A DNA stretch of 62,959 nucleotides, filler included, from Octopus bimaculoides (Eukaryota), in assembly GCF_001194135.2 (NCBI RefSeq). It is 6 parts of 5 records of this genome, joined end to end, with 100 filler letters (N's around TTAATTAATTAA, not from the genome) between each part and the next. Parts side by side here need not be neighbours in the genome. Positions count along the whole stretch, not along the records: positions 1 to 23,924 come from NC_068984.1; 5 more parts are not named here. One strand, written 5' to 3'. Shown here piece by piece: positions 1-12,860 of the stretch. A model generated the notes under the pieces. That model was not told the DNA's origin. It did not search any database and saw only the letters and a program-made list of their open reading frames with translations. The number at the start of each line of letters is the position of its first letter. The first letter of the stretch is position 1. The translations under genes and the position numbers were made by a program.

Positions 1-402
1 AGAGTAGTATTTCCCTATTCCAACTCCGCAAATTTTACTGAAATTAAAGTAACACATAGCAAAGTAAAATACCTCAAACGTATCGCAACATAAAATTAGT
101 AAACACGAATAGAACTGATAGCGTAAATTTTGTAATTATATCTAATGATAATTTCCCTGAACTAGATTTTGATACGTTAGACAATTTATTTCCGACTGTG
201 ACATTGACAATACCTTTAAGATAGTATTTAGTAATAATTCTGCTTTATCACCTATCTTCGGATGTTAATTTTACTGAGATTTTTTTACGTTTTTGTATAT
301 ATAAATATGCTGGCACAATAGAAACGATCGTCGCTAATGAATGGTGTACTCATCAACTGAAAATGTAATTTTTTCTCTCCTTCTCGTTCTTGTTGTATAT
401 TC

Positions 403-437
<35 letters not shown>

Positions 438-1330
438 TAGGACACGTGGAAATGCCCCGCAATGGAAAAAATTAAGACTTGTCTAAGAAAGGATGATAGG
501 ATGATTTGCATTTTTATAGCAGTCATAATTTAGCTTTGTATAAATATTCTTGACGTTCGTCTGCATTCAGTTCCTCATCTTTCTCTACTTGTTTCTCTCT
601 TCATTCTTCACCTCTCCCCCCTCTGTGTCTCTCATTCGTAAACTATCTCTCATTCACTCCACCTTACTATCTAACTAATGTATAACGAATGAATATATAC
701 AGTGCAAAATAAGACCAATAACTGAACGTTGCTGATCCAATATTGACCAGAACGAGCAGGCCTTTGGCGTAATCTATTCCACACTTGGATAACATGTGTA
801 TCCTATTATAGTGCACTTGGTGCACACTGGCGCGTTTTCAATTTCTGAGATGGTACGGTATTATTTCACAGGTATTTGAATATCAAATCCACCTGCTCCA
901 ACAACCGTGAAGATACTTCCTTGTTAGCTACAGAGAGTGATTTTCTTGATGTTCATGTCATTGTCATTATCCTTGTAATTTTTGTAGTTCTTGCTGCTGT
1001 TGTTGATTCCCTATCAATCTATGAAATGAAGTAGTTAATCTGCGTGGCTACAAATTTCAAACGGAATATATAGTTCTGTGCTAATCAGTGACCATTTCCT
1101 GACATTCCTAACTACATCAATAATATACTACACCTGTGCGATTGCGCGTGAATCCACAAGAATCCGATGAGAGCAAATGAATATAATCTATACCCTATAA
1201 AACTTATTTATGGAGACACGTACATAAGGAAGTTATATTAATTTCAAAGCAATATATTTGGAATATTAAATGCTAAATATACATTACTTGAAATATGCAG
1301 ATGAGATATGCAGGAAAACATTTACTATCC

Positions 1331-1365
<35 letters not shown>

Positions 1366-1526
1366 ATACATTTGCGCGCGCGTCAGCGTGTGCGTACGAT
1401 GGAATCTCTCATTGAAGATGACGTATGAATGTTCAGCTTTTGCCGAACGACCTGCACAAATGGTGTGTTTATAGTGATCAAATGTATGTGATGTTCAATG
1501 GCTCACTCCCTCCATCAAATTGATGC

Positions 1527-1775
1527 AATCAGGGCTGTTGCTATAGTAACGAAGCTAAAGCACGGGGAGTAAAGTTGCTTGGCACAGATTAACCTTAACC
1601 TCTACTATGCATGCGCACTTCCGCTGTTACTGTAGCGCTTGGAAAGAAGGTATGTGGCGTGTGATTGTGACATTGATAATGACGGAGAAAGTTGAGCAGA
1701 GAATCTGCATCAAATCTTGCTAAAAGCTTGGTGATAGCTGCTCACAAGCCTACGCAAAGTTTACAAAAAGTTTTC
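1527..1775 (+). mobile_element. mariner transposon 5' fragment (subterminal region plus N-terminal transposase remnant)
   Basis: From 1679 it translates MTEKVEQRICIKSC*KLGDSCSQAYAK, resembling the mariner N-terminus (EQRxCIKFCxKLG...E(A/T)YxxL). The upstream DNA aligns with the reverse complement of 2215-2365. Confidence 0.8.
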
Positions 1776-2385
1776 ATCATTCTCGACACAACCAAGGAAA
1801 TCTCTCTTGCAACTGAAATCCGAATGTTATTTCGGTCAGTTGAAAGGAGTTGTCGCACAAACTTGGCAGACTCGCATCTCATACGCAAGTCTTCAGTGAC
1901 AATTGACTGAACTGAATAGTAACTAATCTGCACATCCTCTGATAACTCACAGATGGTGATTCGATGATTTTCCCCACACAGTTGCACGCACATCTGTGAT
2001 GTCTTTCTCAGTACTCCTGGTTGCGGTTCTCCGTGACCGTTCGTCAATATCGACATTTTCGGCCATCTTGGAAATATCTCAGCCACTCGTACACTTGTGT
2101 ATGGCTCATGCGCCTCTCTCCATACACTTTCCGCAACTTTGTGCGGGCCTCTGAGGAGATATCGCCATGAAAGCTCTCTCTGTCATGGTCAATGCGACGA
2201 TCACGTGATACACGCCTTCCTTCCAAGCACCGCTGTAAACAGCCGAAGTGAGCTAATACGTTAAAACTTAGTACACATGGACTGCAGTATTGAAGGTCAA
2301 TCTGTGGCAAGCGAATTCACTCTGCGTGCTTTACCTTCGTTGCTATGCCAAAAGTCCGGATACTTATTGATGAGACGTCGCTTAT
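1763..2385 (-). mobile_element. mariner transposon 5' half (TIR plus frameshifted N-terminal/HTH transposase remnant)
   Basis: Minus-strand peptides EARTKLRKVYGERRMSHTQVYEWLRYFQDGR and ENHRITICELSEDVQISYYSVQSIVTEDLRMRCESAKFVRQLLSTD (cf. mariner EDLGMRRVxAKFVPRLL). A TIR-like TCATCAATAAGTATCCGGAC followed by TA lies near 2385. Confidence 0.9.
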
Positions 2386-2534
2386 ATATGTTTATCAGCA
2401 TGGCCGTAGCCTCATGAGAGGAACAAGTAACAGTATATGAATAAAAATATAATACACTTCCCCAAACACATACATACATATATGCATACGTGCATACATA
2501 CATACATACATACATGCATGCATGCATATATATA

Positions 2535-2923
2535 TCTATATATATCTATATATATAAAAATGAGAATGTGTGTGTGTCGGTGTGTCTGTCTGTCTGTCTG
2601 TCTGTCCGTGTGAATCCCTAAAACTCGAGAACTACGCAACCAATTTCATTCANNNNNNNNNNNNNNNNNNNNNNNNNNNNNNNNNNNNNNNNNNNNNNNN
2701 NNNNNNNNNNNNNNNNNNNNNNNNNNNNNNNNNNNNNNNNNNNNNNNNNNNNNNNNNNNNNNNNNNNNNNNNNNNNNNNNNNNNNNNNNNNNNNNNNNNN
2801 NNNNNNNNNNNNNNNNNNNNNNNNNNNNNNNNNNNNNNNNNNNNNNNNNNGTACACGTATATGCATAGATATATATATATATAGATATAGCTCTATATGC
2901 ATACAGGTATATGTATACATATG

Positions 2924-2962
<39 letters not shown>

Positions 2963-3624
2963 ACATGTAATATGTACACATATATACATATATATACATG
3001 CATACAAAAATCTATACATATACACACCCATCACACACAAACACACACATTAGTCATTTGTTTTCATATCCAAAACTACGTCAAAAGTACTGAACGGATC
3101 TTTATGAAATTTGGAAATTATATTCTATGTATGACGGCCATAACTCCCATGAAAATTCATATATTTTTGATGCTGATGAAATTTTAACCTGAACATAACA
3201 GATGAGCATTATTTGTAATTCAACGGTACAACAGTGTAATACTACCCTTTCAGATATACTTACATTGTGATTTCTGCAATGTGGTGCATAAATTGTCAAG
3301 TAAATGAGACGCATCTTTGCCTCCACTGATTCACTTGCAAAGTGTTGAGTACAATTATTTCATTGCAGACCTCCTTTGGGTCTTTTTTTATTATCACTGC
3401 GACACACATAGTCCCCAGTTGGTAACATTTATTTCAAGGCCCTCCTAGATGAGAGACTGGCATTCCACTTAATGTCTATGTTCCATGCTGGCATGGATTG
3501 GAGAGTTATTAATGTAGAAATATGGTATCGTAGCTACTAACAGTTGAGGGTTGCGTAGTCTAGACGGCGTTTTTAGATTTCATTGTTCTCTTTAACCCGG
3601 GCAAAGCCGGGTATTTCTGGTAGT
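2535..3624 (+). mobile_element. Non-autonomous Helitron-like element (may be more than one copy; spans an N gap)
   Basis: 5' TC(TATA)n start, a (TGTC)n block followed by AAAACTCGAGAACTACGCAACCAATTTCA, a related motif near 3070-3120 (AACGGATCTTTATGAAATTTGG), and a 3' hairpin ACCCGG-GCAAAG-CCGGGT (3595-3612) followed by a degenerate CTAG end (CTGGTAGT). This layout is typical of short non-autonomous Helitrons. Confidence 0.6.
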
Positions 3625-3799
3625 ATATATATATATATATATATATAATATCGTTCAGTAACCCCGTCAGTATAGTATTCACTGACCACCAAATAGTTAT
3701 TGTATAATAATAGGCAGTGCTGAACGCTGATATCTCCGAAAGTCCTAGTGTTACAATTCTGGGGGGAACAATTTGTTTTGTTTATAATCTCTGTTATCT

Positions 3800-4170
3800 T
3801 TTTTCACTGCTTCATTCATCAGAATGTGGCCATGGTAAGGCACCGCGGTGATTTTTGTTTTAATCAAGTGAAATGACCCTTGTTATTATTTATGTTTTAA
3901 GCCTGTACTTATTGTACTGGTATCTTCGCTGAACCGCTATGTTACGAAGGTTTAAACTCATGAATACAGGTAGTGGAAGACAAACACGGACACAAAGAGA
4001 CACGGACACACACATACGACTGGCTTCTTTCAGATTCCGTCTACTAAGTCCACTCGCAAGGCTTTGGTAGGCATGAGGCTATAAAAAAATTCACTTGCCC
4101 AAGTTACCACGGAATTAGACTGATACTGGAAGCATGCAGTCGAGAAGCAAACTTCTAACTACACAGCCAC
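3800..4170 (-). mobile_element. Degenerate copy of the dominant tRNA-derived SINE
   Basis: Aligns by eye to 38910-39313 (GGCTTCTTTCAGATTCCGTCTACTAAGTCCACTCGCAAGGCTTTGGT...CACACAGCCAC). Confidence 0.75.
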
Positions 4171-4799
4171 GAAACAAATTCAAGATATCCAATTCATATA
4201 CACGATTCATATCCTTACAGTTCTAAATACCATTTTGGCGAAAGTTGACGTTGACTTCCTTCCTTCTGGAGTCGATATGTAGCCGTTGAGATATATGGTC
4301 AATATAAACAAATTTAATAAGGGCAGAAATACGAACAGATTTGTACTCAGAACGTAAAGAAACGGAACAAATGTACTACCGATTCTACGGATTAGATAAT
4401 ATTCATGCCCTATACAAAAAGGTTGTGCTGGTAAGTCAAAAACTTAAACTAATGGAGGAATATTTACATGCTCTGTAGATTTACTTGAAATAGCAACAAA
4501 AATATCATAAATTTTAGACTGCTGAAAAAGAAATTAAGGATATGATGCCACATATAATCAGTACAGCTCAAACGGAGATGGTCCCTTAGCGAAACAGCAA
4601 CAAAACAACAAACACGCAACGCTACATTTTGTAATCGCTGGTGCCCTTATATACAAGTGTGAAACATTTTCGCGTCACTTATTTGGCGTTGCAGATTCGA
4701 CCCTGATTTACTCGTTATCAAAAGTGTTTATGTTCCTCTCGTTCTGTCTTTGTCTTCTTGCAGCACTCTTTATCTCTCTCTCACTTTTTCTCTCATCTT

Positions 4800-4942
<143 letters not shown>

Positions 4943-6439
4943 ATTTATGCTTCTCTACCTCAGTTGTGTGAGGATAGAAAAAGTGACCTCTCAGTGCGAG
5001 GATAGAAAAAGTGACCGTCCATCATGTTCAATATATCGCAATGCATTTCTCGCCCATCTATCTCTCACTCTATCTCTATATGTATATGTCTCTTTGTACA
5101 TACATGGGTGTGGGCAAGTATGTTTGTATGCTTTTGTGTGGTTTTTGTGCGTGTGAGTATGTGTTTGTTTCCCTGAAGTACCAAAAAGTGGCGTCGACAA
5201 AAAAGGCTGAACATCGATTTAGCTGTGATATCATATACAAGTATTATAATAGATACAGATATTCCCTTTCTTAGATCTAAGTAATGCCTATTTACAACCG
5301 TTAATTATATCTTGAGATGCTAGGTTGAACATTTCGGTTTCACTATTTGCTATTATTAAAAGGGAGGTTATTGTAGTGAGCTGGTAGAATGGTTAGAACG
5401 TCCGATGAAATGCTTAACATCATTTTCACATATATGAAATGTAGCTAGAGCTGTGTAGTTTACCATTGAAATCAAATATAAACAATAATGTTTTCGTCAC
5501 ATTCCTACTTCAAATTGTTTTGACAAGGCCCGCAGTTTTGAAGATGTTGTGGTAAATTAAACGGGATGAAGTATTTCCAAGACATTTTGCAATGAAATTG
5601 AAGTCAAATAAATTAGTCATTTTCGTGACAAAATATAGATGCAATCTGAAAGGATTTATTTACTAATTGCAATATGTCAAAACATATAAGGTGTTACGAA
5701 TTTTTCTATATAACTCACAGCAATATTAGACGTATACGACGTCAGTAGAAAACCATTAAATGAATTTAAATGTATAATGATGCAAAATCCATTTTGGAAA
5801 GATACAAAAATATCATATATTAAAGAAGAAATGAATGAGTTACTATTTTGAGGCTGAATATTACAGCAAAATCAATGACTTTAGTTTAGAAAGAACCAAT
5901 ATCGGACAGTATATCCTACAAAAGCGATATGGAATTTTACGATCTAAAAATGGAACGCTTTTTCGTATTACCCTATATTACATTTTATATTCATTATTAA
6001 TAATATATTATTCTGAAACGGTTACTATTTATTAACGCTTTTTTGGAATATGGATTCAAAAATTAAAGGCCTATGAATTTTTCTGCTACAAATTTAACTT
6101 GAACTGTTCTGAATTGCAATAGAAATTGGTATTGTGAGAAATAGGTATCTTGGCATTGTATTATTCAGTGTTTCATATTTTCATTTAAAATTAATTTGAA
6201 GCTTCGAGGAACTGTATGGAAAAAACAAAAATTGTAGCCAGGATTTTTTTATTGGAAAATTTTGCCAAAATTAAATACAACCGCATAGACAGAGTGACTT
6301 TTATATATTTACGTTTAGAAACAGAGGAAAATTACAGAATCGTATATACCAAAATATACACATGCACACAGATACACAGTATATATTAACGCACACACAC
6401 GCTTACAAGTCTAAACACACGCTTACAAGTCTAAACACA

Positions 6440-6472
<33 letters not shown>

Positions 6473-6796
6473 NNNNNNNNNNNNNNNNNNNNNNNNNNNN
6501 NNNNNNNNNNNNNNNNNNNNNNNNNNNNNNNNNNNNNNNNNNNNNNNNNNNNNNNNNAATTTATCAAGTAGTCAGCGTGAAAAAACCTCATAATGAAAAA
6601 ATAACGAAAAATTTCGTAATGAAAAAATTCATCGTTTCTTCATAGATATATTTAATTATATATAAAGGGCATTAACTGTGTATCAATGCCTCACGCTATC
6701 GAGGGACTAAATAAGTAAAAAAACTACCAAAAAGAAGCAACATATTTACCGAAGGCGAGGGAATGCAGCTTTTGAAAATTATCTATATATATATAT

Positions 6797-7107
6797 ATTT
6801 TAAAAGATAACGTCGACCACTAACGTGGACAATTAATGCGGTAGAAATAGATCACATCTTGTGTCTATTAAGACCTAAATTGTTCTCAACATGAAATATA
6901 GCAGCATACCAAAAACGTGAGCGGGCAAGACATTTAAAATCACCTAAAAAAGCATTATTAAACAGGAACTAGTTTCGGATTTAACAAATTCTTACCATTT
7001 GTCTATTCCTCATCAGCCTGATTTGTAATGAATCGTAATCATCAAAATCGTATACATAGTTGTCCACCGCCATTGGTGCGCGTGCATATGGTTCTGCTAA
7101 TTACAGC
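6797..7107 (+). repeat. ~310-bp repeat, left arm of an inverted pair with 9502-9812
   Basis: The reverse complement of 9502-9812 matches this interval nearly throughout (e.g. GTCGACCACTAACGTGGACAATTAATGCG; GGTGCGCGTGCATATGGTTCTGCTAATTACAGC). Confidence 0.9.
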
Positions 7108-8165
7108 TTAATGGTAAAATTCAAAAGTCTTCGTTTTGGCGCGCTAATTCCAGGAATATATCCGCAGAAAATATTTACTGCGTCTTATATATTCAGTATG
7201 AGAACATGGGCAATGGGTAAAATATTATTATAAAATCTGGTAATTAGTCATATATTAATTAATATCGATTAATTATCAGGCGGCCAGCACATCTAAAGAA
7301 TCAAAGAGATTCAGAAATATTATCTGCAATCTCAGGGGATTANNNNNNNNNNNNNNNNNNNNNNNNNNNNNNNNNNNNNNNNNNNNNNNNNNNNNNNNNN
7401 NNNNNNNNNNNNNNNNNNNNNNNNNNNNNNNNNNNNNNNNNNNNNNNNNNNNNNNNNNNNNNNNNNNNNNNNNNNNNNNNNNNNNNNNNNNNNNNNNNNN
7501 NNNNNNNNNNNNNNNNNNNNNNNNNNNNNNNNNNNNNNNNNNNNNNNNNNNNNNNNNNNNNNNNNNNNNNNNNNNNNNNNNNNNNNNNNNNNNNNNNNNN
7601 NNNNNNNNNNNNNNNNNNNNNNNNNNNNNNNNNNNNNNNNNNNNNNNNNNNNNNNNNNNNNNNNNNNNNNNNNNNNNNNNNNNNNNNNNNNNNNNNNNNN
7701 NNNNNNNNNNNNNNNNNNNNNNNNNNNNNNNNNNNNNNNNNNNNNNNNNNNNNNNNNNNNNNNNNNNNNNNNNNNNNNNNNNNNNNNNNNNNNNNNNNNN
7801 NNNNNNNNNNNNNNNNNNNNNNNNNNNNNNNNNNNNNNNNNNNNNNNNNNNNNNNNNNNNNNNNNNNNNNNNNNNNNNNNNNNNNNNNNNNNNNNNNNNN
7901 NNNNNNNNNNNNNNNNNNNNNNNNNNNNNNNNNNNNNNNNNNNNNNNNNNNNNNNNNNNNNNNNNNNNNNNNNNNNNNNNNNNNNNNNNNNNNNNNNNNN
8001 NNNNNNNNNNNNNNNNNNNNNNNATTACGGAGATGTACTTGCATAGCAAGTCACTTGTTCTGAGATCGTGTGCTGGAACGAAAACAATTGCAGTGTGGAA
8101 GGTGTTTATAAGCCATTTAAAATAACACAAAAACCGTTAGATTCACTTCAACTTTTAAATTTAAT

Positions 8166-8560
8166 TTGGCAAAATATTTTCGTCGCTTTGTGACCGCGAC
8201 CTGTTCACTGACAAAATTCTGTGCTGCATCTTCTGTATACAGAGCCACTCTTACATCCTCCGATGGAATCACTAGGCACTGTAAGGGTGTGACGGCCAAT
8301 GACTTCATAGGAGAATACTCACAGTACATGCACTCGTTCAGATCCAGAGATAGACAGTACTCTATTTCCCTATCTCAGTTTGTCAGGAGACTCCATGATC
8401 TCCGAGGCGAAACATCCAGCATCAACTGGACTATTGTCGACAGGGAACCACCATATTCACCTGGTGCCCCTAATTGCCGGCTCTTCCCCCGCAAAAGACT
8501 GCACATTCTCCACTAACCCGCAGTATTCATCAACAAGAGATACGAACTGTCCATTGCTAT
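8166..8560 (+). mobile_element. Penelope-like retroelement fragment (degenerate GIY-YIG endonuclease)
   Basis: Translation CSLTKFCAASSVYRATLTSSDGITRHCKGVTANDFIGEYSQYMHSFRSRDRQYSISLSQFV...WTIVDREPPYSPGAPNCRL...LHIL follows the Penelope GIY-YIG pattern (CPLxGxC...VVYxA...YIGxT...HxxSF...WxIV...PY...CxLC..EKxxIL). Confidence 0.8.
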
Positions 8561-8744
8561 CTCCGTATACATATGCACGCGTCCGCACGTATGTGTTCAT
8601 GTATGTACACACGCACATTTATATATACGCACGCACACTTATACATATACACACCCATGAATATAGATACATGCATATAGATCAATTCATACCAACATAT
8701 ATATATCCATACACATGTATACACGCGCACAAACGCGCATGTGC

Positions 8745-8878
8745 ACACACGCGCACTCGCACGCAGGCGCACGCAGGTGCACGCAGGCGCACGCAGATGC
8801 ACGCAGGCGCACGCAGGTGCACGCAGGCGCATGCAGGCACACTCGCACACAGGCGCACTCGCACGCAGGCGCACGCAT
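8745..8878. repeat. GC-rich ~10-bp unit minisatellite (GCACGCAGGC/T)
   Basis: Repeated gcacgcaggc/gcacgcaggt units read directly. Confidence 0.85.
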
Positions 8879-9501
8879 ATTCAAATATGTATATATATGT
8901 TTGTGTGTGTGCGCGCACGTGTGGTATGCACATCTATACACACGGACATGCATAATTACAGACGCACATGCAGAGAAATATAAGCACATACACACACAGA
9001 AATACTTACGTATTTACTCGTACATATACGCATCACACTGCCCCTTCCTACTTCCTATTTCCTCTCAGACCACATAACCGATTTCCTGTCCACCACACGG
9101 TCGATGTTCTGTTCGAAGAAAATGTTATCGCTGAAATACCAACATCAAACAGTGAGACTGCAGGACCTTTCCCTACCAATCCGCATCCCAGCTTCCGGTA
9201 ATAACAATAGAATATCTCCAACTGTTCTCTCAAACAATTTTCCAATAGCTGAGTATTAGCATTAGACCCTGAAACTCGGAGTAGAAAGGAATTTGAATGA
9301 AACTGTTTGTTCCATATATATATACGGTGTGTGTAAATAAAGGCGAGTGACTCTGATATCTGTGAGTGTGTGTGCGCGTAACATGTGTGTGTGCCTGTAT
9401 AACGTGTGTGTGAGTGTGTGTGAGTGTGTGTGAGTGTGTGTGAGTGCGTGTGAGTGTGTGTGTGTGCTGTAGTTGATGAGAGCTTTTTTCATGTGGTGTT
9501 T

Positions 9502-9812
9502 GCTGTAATTAGCAGAACCATATGCACGCGCACCAATGGCGGTGGGCAAATATGTATATGATTCTGATGATTACGGTTCATGACAAATCAGGCTGATGAG
9601 GAATAGACAAATGGTAAGAATTTGTTAAATCTGAAACTAGTTCCTGTTTAATAATGCTTTTTTAGGTGATTGTAAATGTATTGCCCGCTCACGTTTTTGG
9701 TATGCTGCTATATTTCATGTTGAGAACAATTTAGGTCTTAATAGACACAAGATGTGATCTATTTCTAGCGCATTAATTGTCCACGTTAGTGGTCGACGTT
9801 ATTTTTTAAAAT
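9502..9812 (-). repeat. ~310-bp repeat, right arm of an inverted pair with 6797-7107
   Basis: Reverse complement of 6797-7107 with a small number of substitutions. Confidence 0.9.
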
Positions 9813-10229
9813 GTACCTTAATCCCCTGTATGTATTTGTTTATGACGAAACAGTGTGCACGTGTGTAGTGTATGTATAAGGGCGAAACGTAACTTTATCG
9901 ATGTATGCTGCGTGTGTGAATGCGTGTTGCGTGTGCATGCACATGTTGTCTCTGTTCCGGTGCTATGTGCTTGTGTGGATGTGGGAGTATATATTGTCTG
10001 CGTTTAGGTATTATGAGTTTATATGGTTGTGAGCGGGTGCATGGTGTATGGTGTGTTTACTGAATCAAACAGTGTGCGTGTCTGCTCATATAGTGGTATG
10101 TGTGGTGACACTATTGAAGATGGTTTGTGGGTATGTGGATGATGGTGTGTGTTGTGGGTAGTGAGAAGTGGTCAGTGCTAGTGAGTATGGAGTAGAGTGG
10201 GGTAGATTCAAATAAGGAAAGGTGAGGTT

Positions 10230-10870
10230 AGTGTCAGATGAAGAGAGTAGGTGGGTTGAGCCCATGTAATGCAAAGGAGCGAAGAGAGATTAACCCCTTT
10301 TCACGGCAAAGGCTCGAATCCGGGTGGCCCCTGTGCAAAGATAATCCGAACACAGACAAATTTTGTAACGACTGACCGGTAGAGTATAAATAGAGTGAGC
10401 CCGGGGTGTCATTGCCGAGTCTGAGGTCTCGAAGGTGCTCTGTGAACTGATCAGCCAAGCGGCGTCCAGTTTAACCGATGTACAGGAGATGTAGTAAATG
10501 ATATTACTAGATGTGCAGGTAAAGTCGGTGGTGTGGTAGGGACGATGATCGGTGCCTGTAAGGATGGTGGTGTTGGAGAGGTAGAAGCGGGTGCGACAGC
10601 GTGAGCGAGGTCAGGGGAACGAGCCAGGCTGGGAAGTGGGGTTAGGAAAGAAAAATGTGGACCAGGAGGTCACGCAGGTTATTGGTACGTTTGAAGGAGC
10701 TAAGGGGTAGGTTGGGGAAGATATGTGAGGTGGAGTGTTCGAACAGGAGCCGCATGAAGGCTCGGAGAATGGTACGTTGGGGGAGGGGGAAGGCGGAGTG
10801 GCGGTAGGAGAGGGGAAACGGGAGACGGTCAACGTCAGGGTGGGTGTGAGGTGAAAGAGCAGAGGCACAG
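10230..10870 (-). mobile_element. Penelope-like retroelement C-terminal fragment (GIY-YIG region), frameshifted
   Basis: Across frames the minus strand gives HIFPNLPLSSFKRTNNLRDLLV, GSFPxSRSRCRT, DFTCTSSNIIYYISCT, TGRRLADQFTEHLRDLR and LSVFGLSLHRGHPDSSLCREKGLI...HGLN. These are typical Penelope-type motifs (LRDxLV, FTCxSxNVIY, GETxRxLxxRFxEH, GLN). Confidence 0.88.
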
Positions 10871-12586
10871 TCTACACATCGTGCCCAGACAAACGTATTG
10901 GTTTTATATATTAGTGTTTAAATTTATTTCAAATATTATGCGCACTGAGCATTGAAACAGTTTGGACGAAATATTGTATGAATAAATATATGCAGAATTA
11001 TATAAGAAATATATGAAAAATTTACATGAGGTGATGTTAGAACCTCAGGATACACTCGATTTTCTTCAGCAAATACAATTGGACAAAATGGTAAAGAATG
11101 CAGTTGATCATTAAGTAAAATCTATTAATGCAAATGACACACACACACACACGTACATGTAAATATTTACATGTTTTCAATGCACGAAGGTATAATAAGA
11201 GTCATAATTATGAATGTAGTTTCATGTTTCTCGGAATCTATATATCACTTTCGGAAGGTACCTGCTCATCGTATCTATAAATCAATATAATGTTCGCAAA
11301 CATAAATATGTACAAATACTCCAAACATCCTTGATAGTAGAGTATTTTATAATTCACGTACAAAAACGACTTATATGAATATGCTCTTTAAATGTGAGTT
11401 CTCTTCAAAATTACTAGGCACTAAATGATAAATTCCAGTTGTAATTTATCTGATGTTTTAGATATGTTAATTTATTGTTTCTTTACTTTATAAATTTTTA
11501 ATAATAAACGAATTTACACTGTAAAGTTTTGCTTCACATGATCTTCTTTAAATATGTAAGCCTCCTCTTCAGCACTTCCTATCGTTCGACAACAGTTCAG
11601 GAAGTTCATTTTTTACATATTTATATATAGAGTTGGATTATTAGTTTAAAAGCATGACTTTTGTTTTTGATTTTTTAATTATATTCTTTCATTAGTATTT
11701 CATTTTCTCGATTTCGTGTAATTTAAATTGTTTTAAACATAGTTATTAAAATCTATTGTTTTGCCAACTTCTTTAAAGCTCTATACATTTAAATCAAATT
11801 TCGATTTGCTCATTAGATCTATGTTATTATCATTATATTCCCTTTTATCTTTTGCCTGTTACGGATCCAAATCTACATTATTCTTTGTTTAATATTTATT
11901 ATTGTTTCGAGAAGTGAGGAGTAGTTAGGAAAAAATATTCGATTTCAGCGCTCTGAAGTACCTCAAATATTGATGTAACTAAAATATTTGATTTTATTCT
12001 TGTATTTATTTATTTAAAATGTTATCATTTTATGTATAGCATAGTACGTCTGGCTTTCTTTTAAATTGGAAATCGATTTTTCTGTCTAAAACAGCAATGT
12101 TTGTTATGCCGATTTTGATTCATCCACGATGACTTTTATCTTCACTTACAGACAGAAGTAGTATAGTTCCTGCAGATGCAAATGCAGATGGAGTTTACAT
12201 GTCAATTTCACTTCAAATCAATGTTAATAATAAGCTTTATGCTCATACAAGATTAGTAAATATATTCTTTTTTATAGCATTAATCACAAAAAATTATTGA
12301 AAACAATTCAATTTTGTAAGGAATCTGGTTGGGATGAAAACTCAATTTACAGATTGAGGTATTTTTTTTATATATGTAATCCAACAAATAGCAGTTAAAG
12401 GAACGATACTTCCTTAAATGTTAACAACTAAGATACTTAACAATGTTCACGAAATAAATTGCATTTTTGATGATGACTTATACTGATCAATTCTTTAATT
12501 GTTCAACTATGCAATTTAAATCAAATGCTTTTCGCCCCCAGCTAGACGCGTCAGATTATGTATATCGTATTTGTTATGATACGAAG

Positions 12587-12860
12587 ACGCGTGGCTTACT
12601 GTTTATGAGTATTCGGCTCATGATAGCAAGCTCGTGAGTTCGATTCCCAGATGTTACTCCAATCAACTCAGCTGACATAACCGAGTTGTAACTGTAATTC
12701 ACAGGACCAGTTTCGGCGCATTGTGCGTCACGCTGAATCTCCCCCGAGGACTATGTTAAGAGTTTGTGTGACGCTCAGTCATTTGAACGTTAATTTCAAC
12801 AGCAGGTCGTTATGTTTATTGGGGCAAACTGAACACAAGTCGTCATGACCGACAATGTGT
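12587..12860 (+). mobile_element. tRNA-headed SINE (degenerate)
   Basis: The head GACGCGTGGCTTACTG...GGCTCATGATAGCAAGCTCGTGAGTTCGATTCCCAG has A-box/B-box-like pol III motifs followed by a non-tRNA body. A related, more decayed head lies near 13290-13340. Confidence 0.6.
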
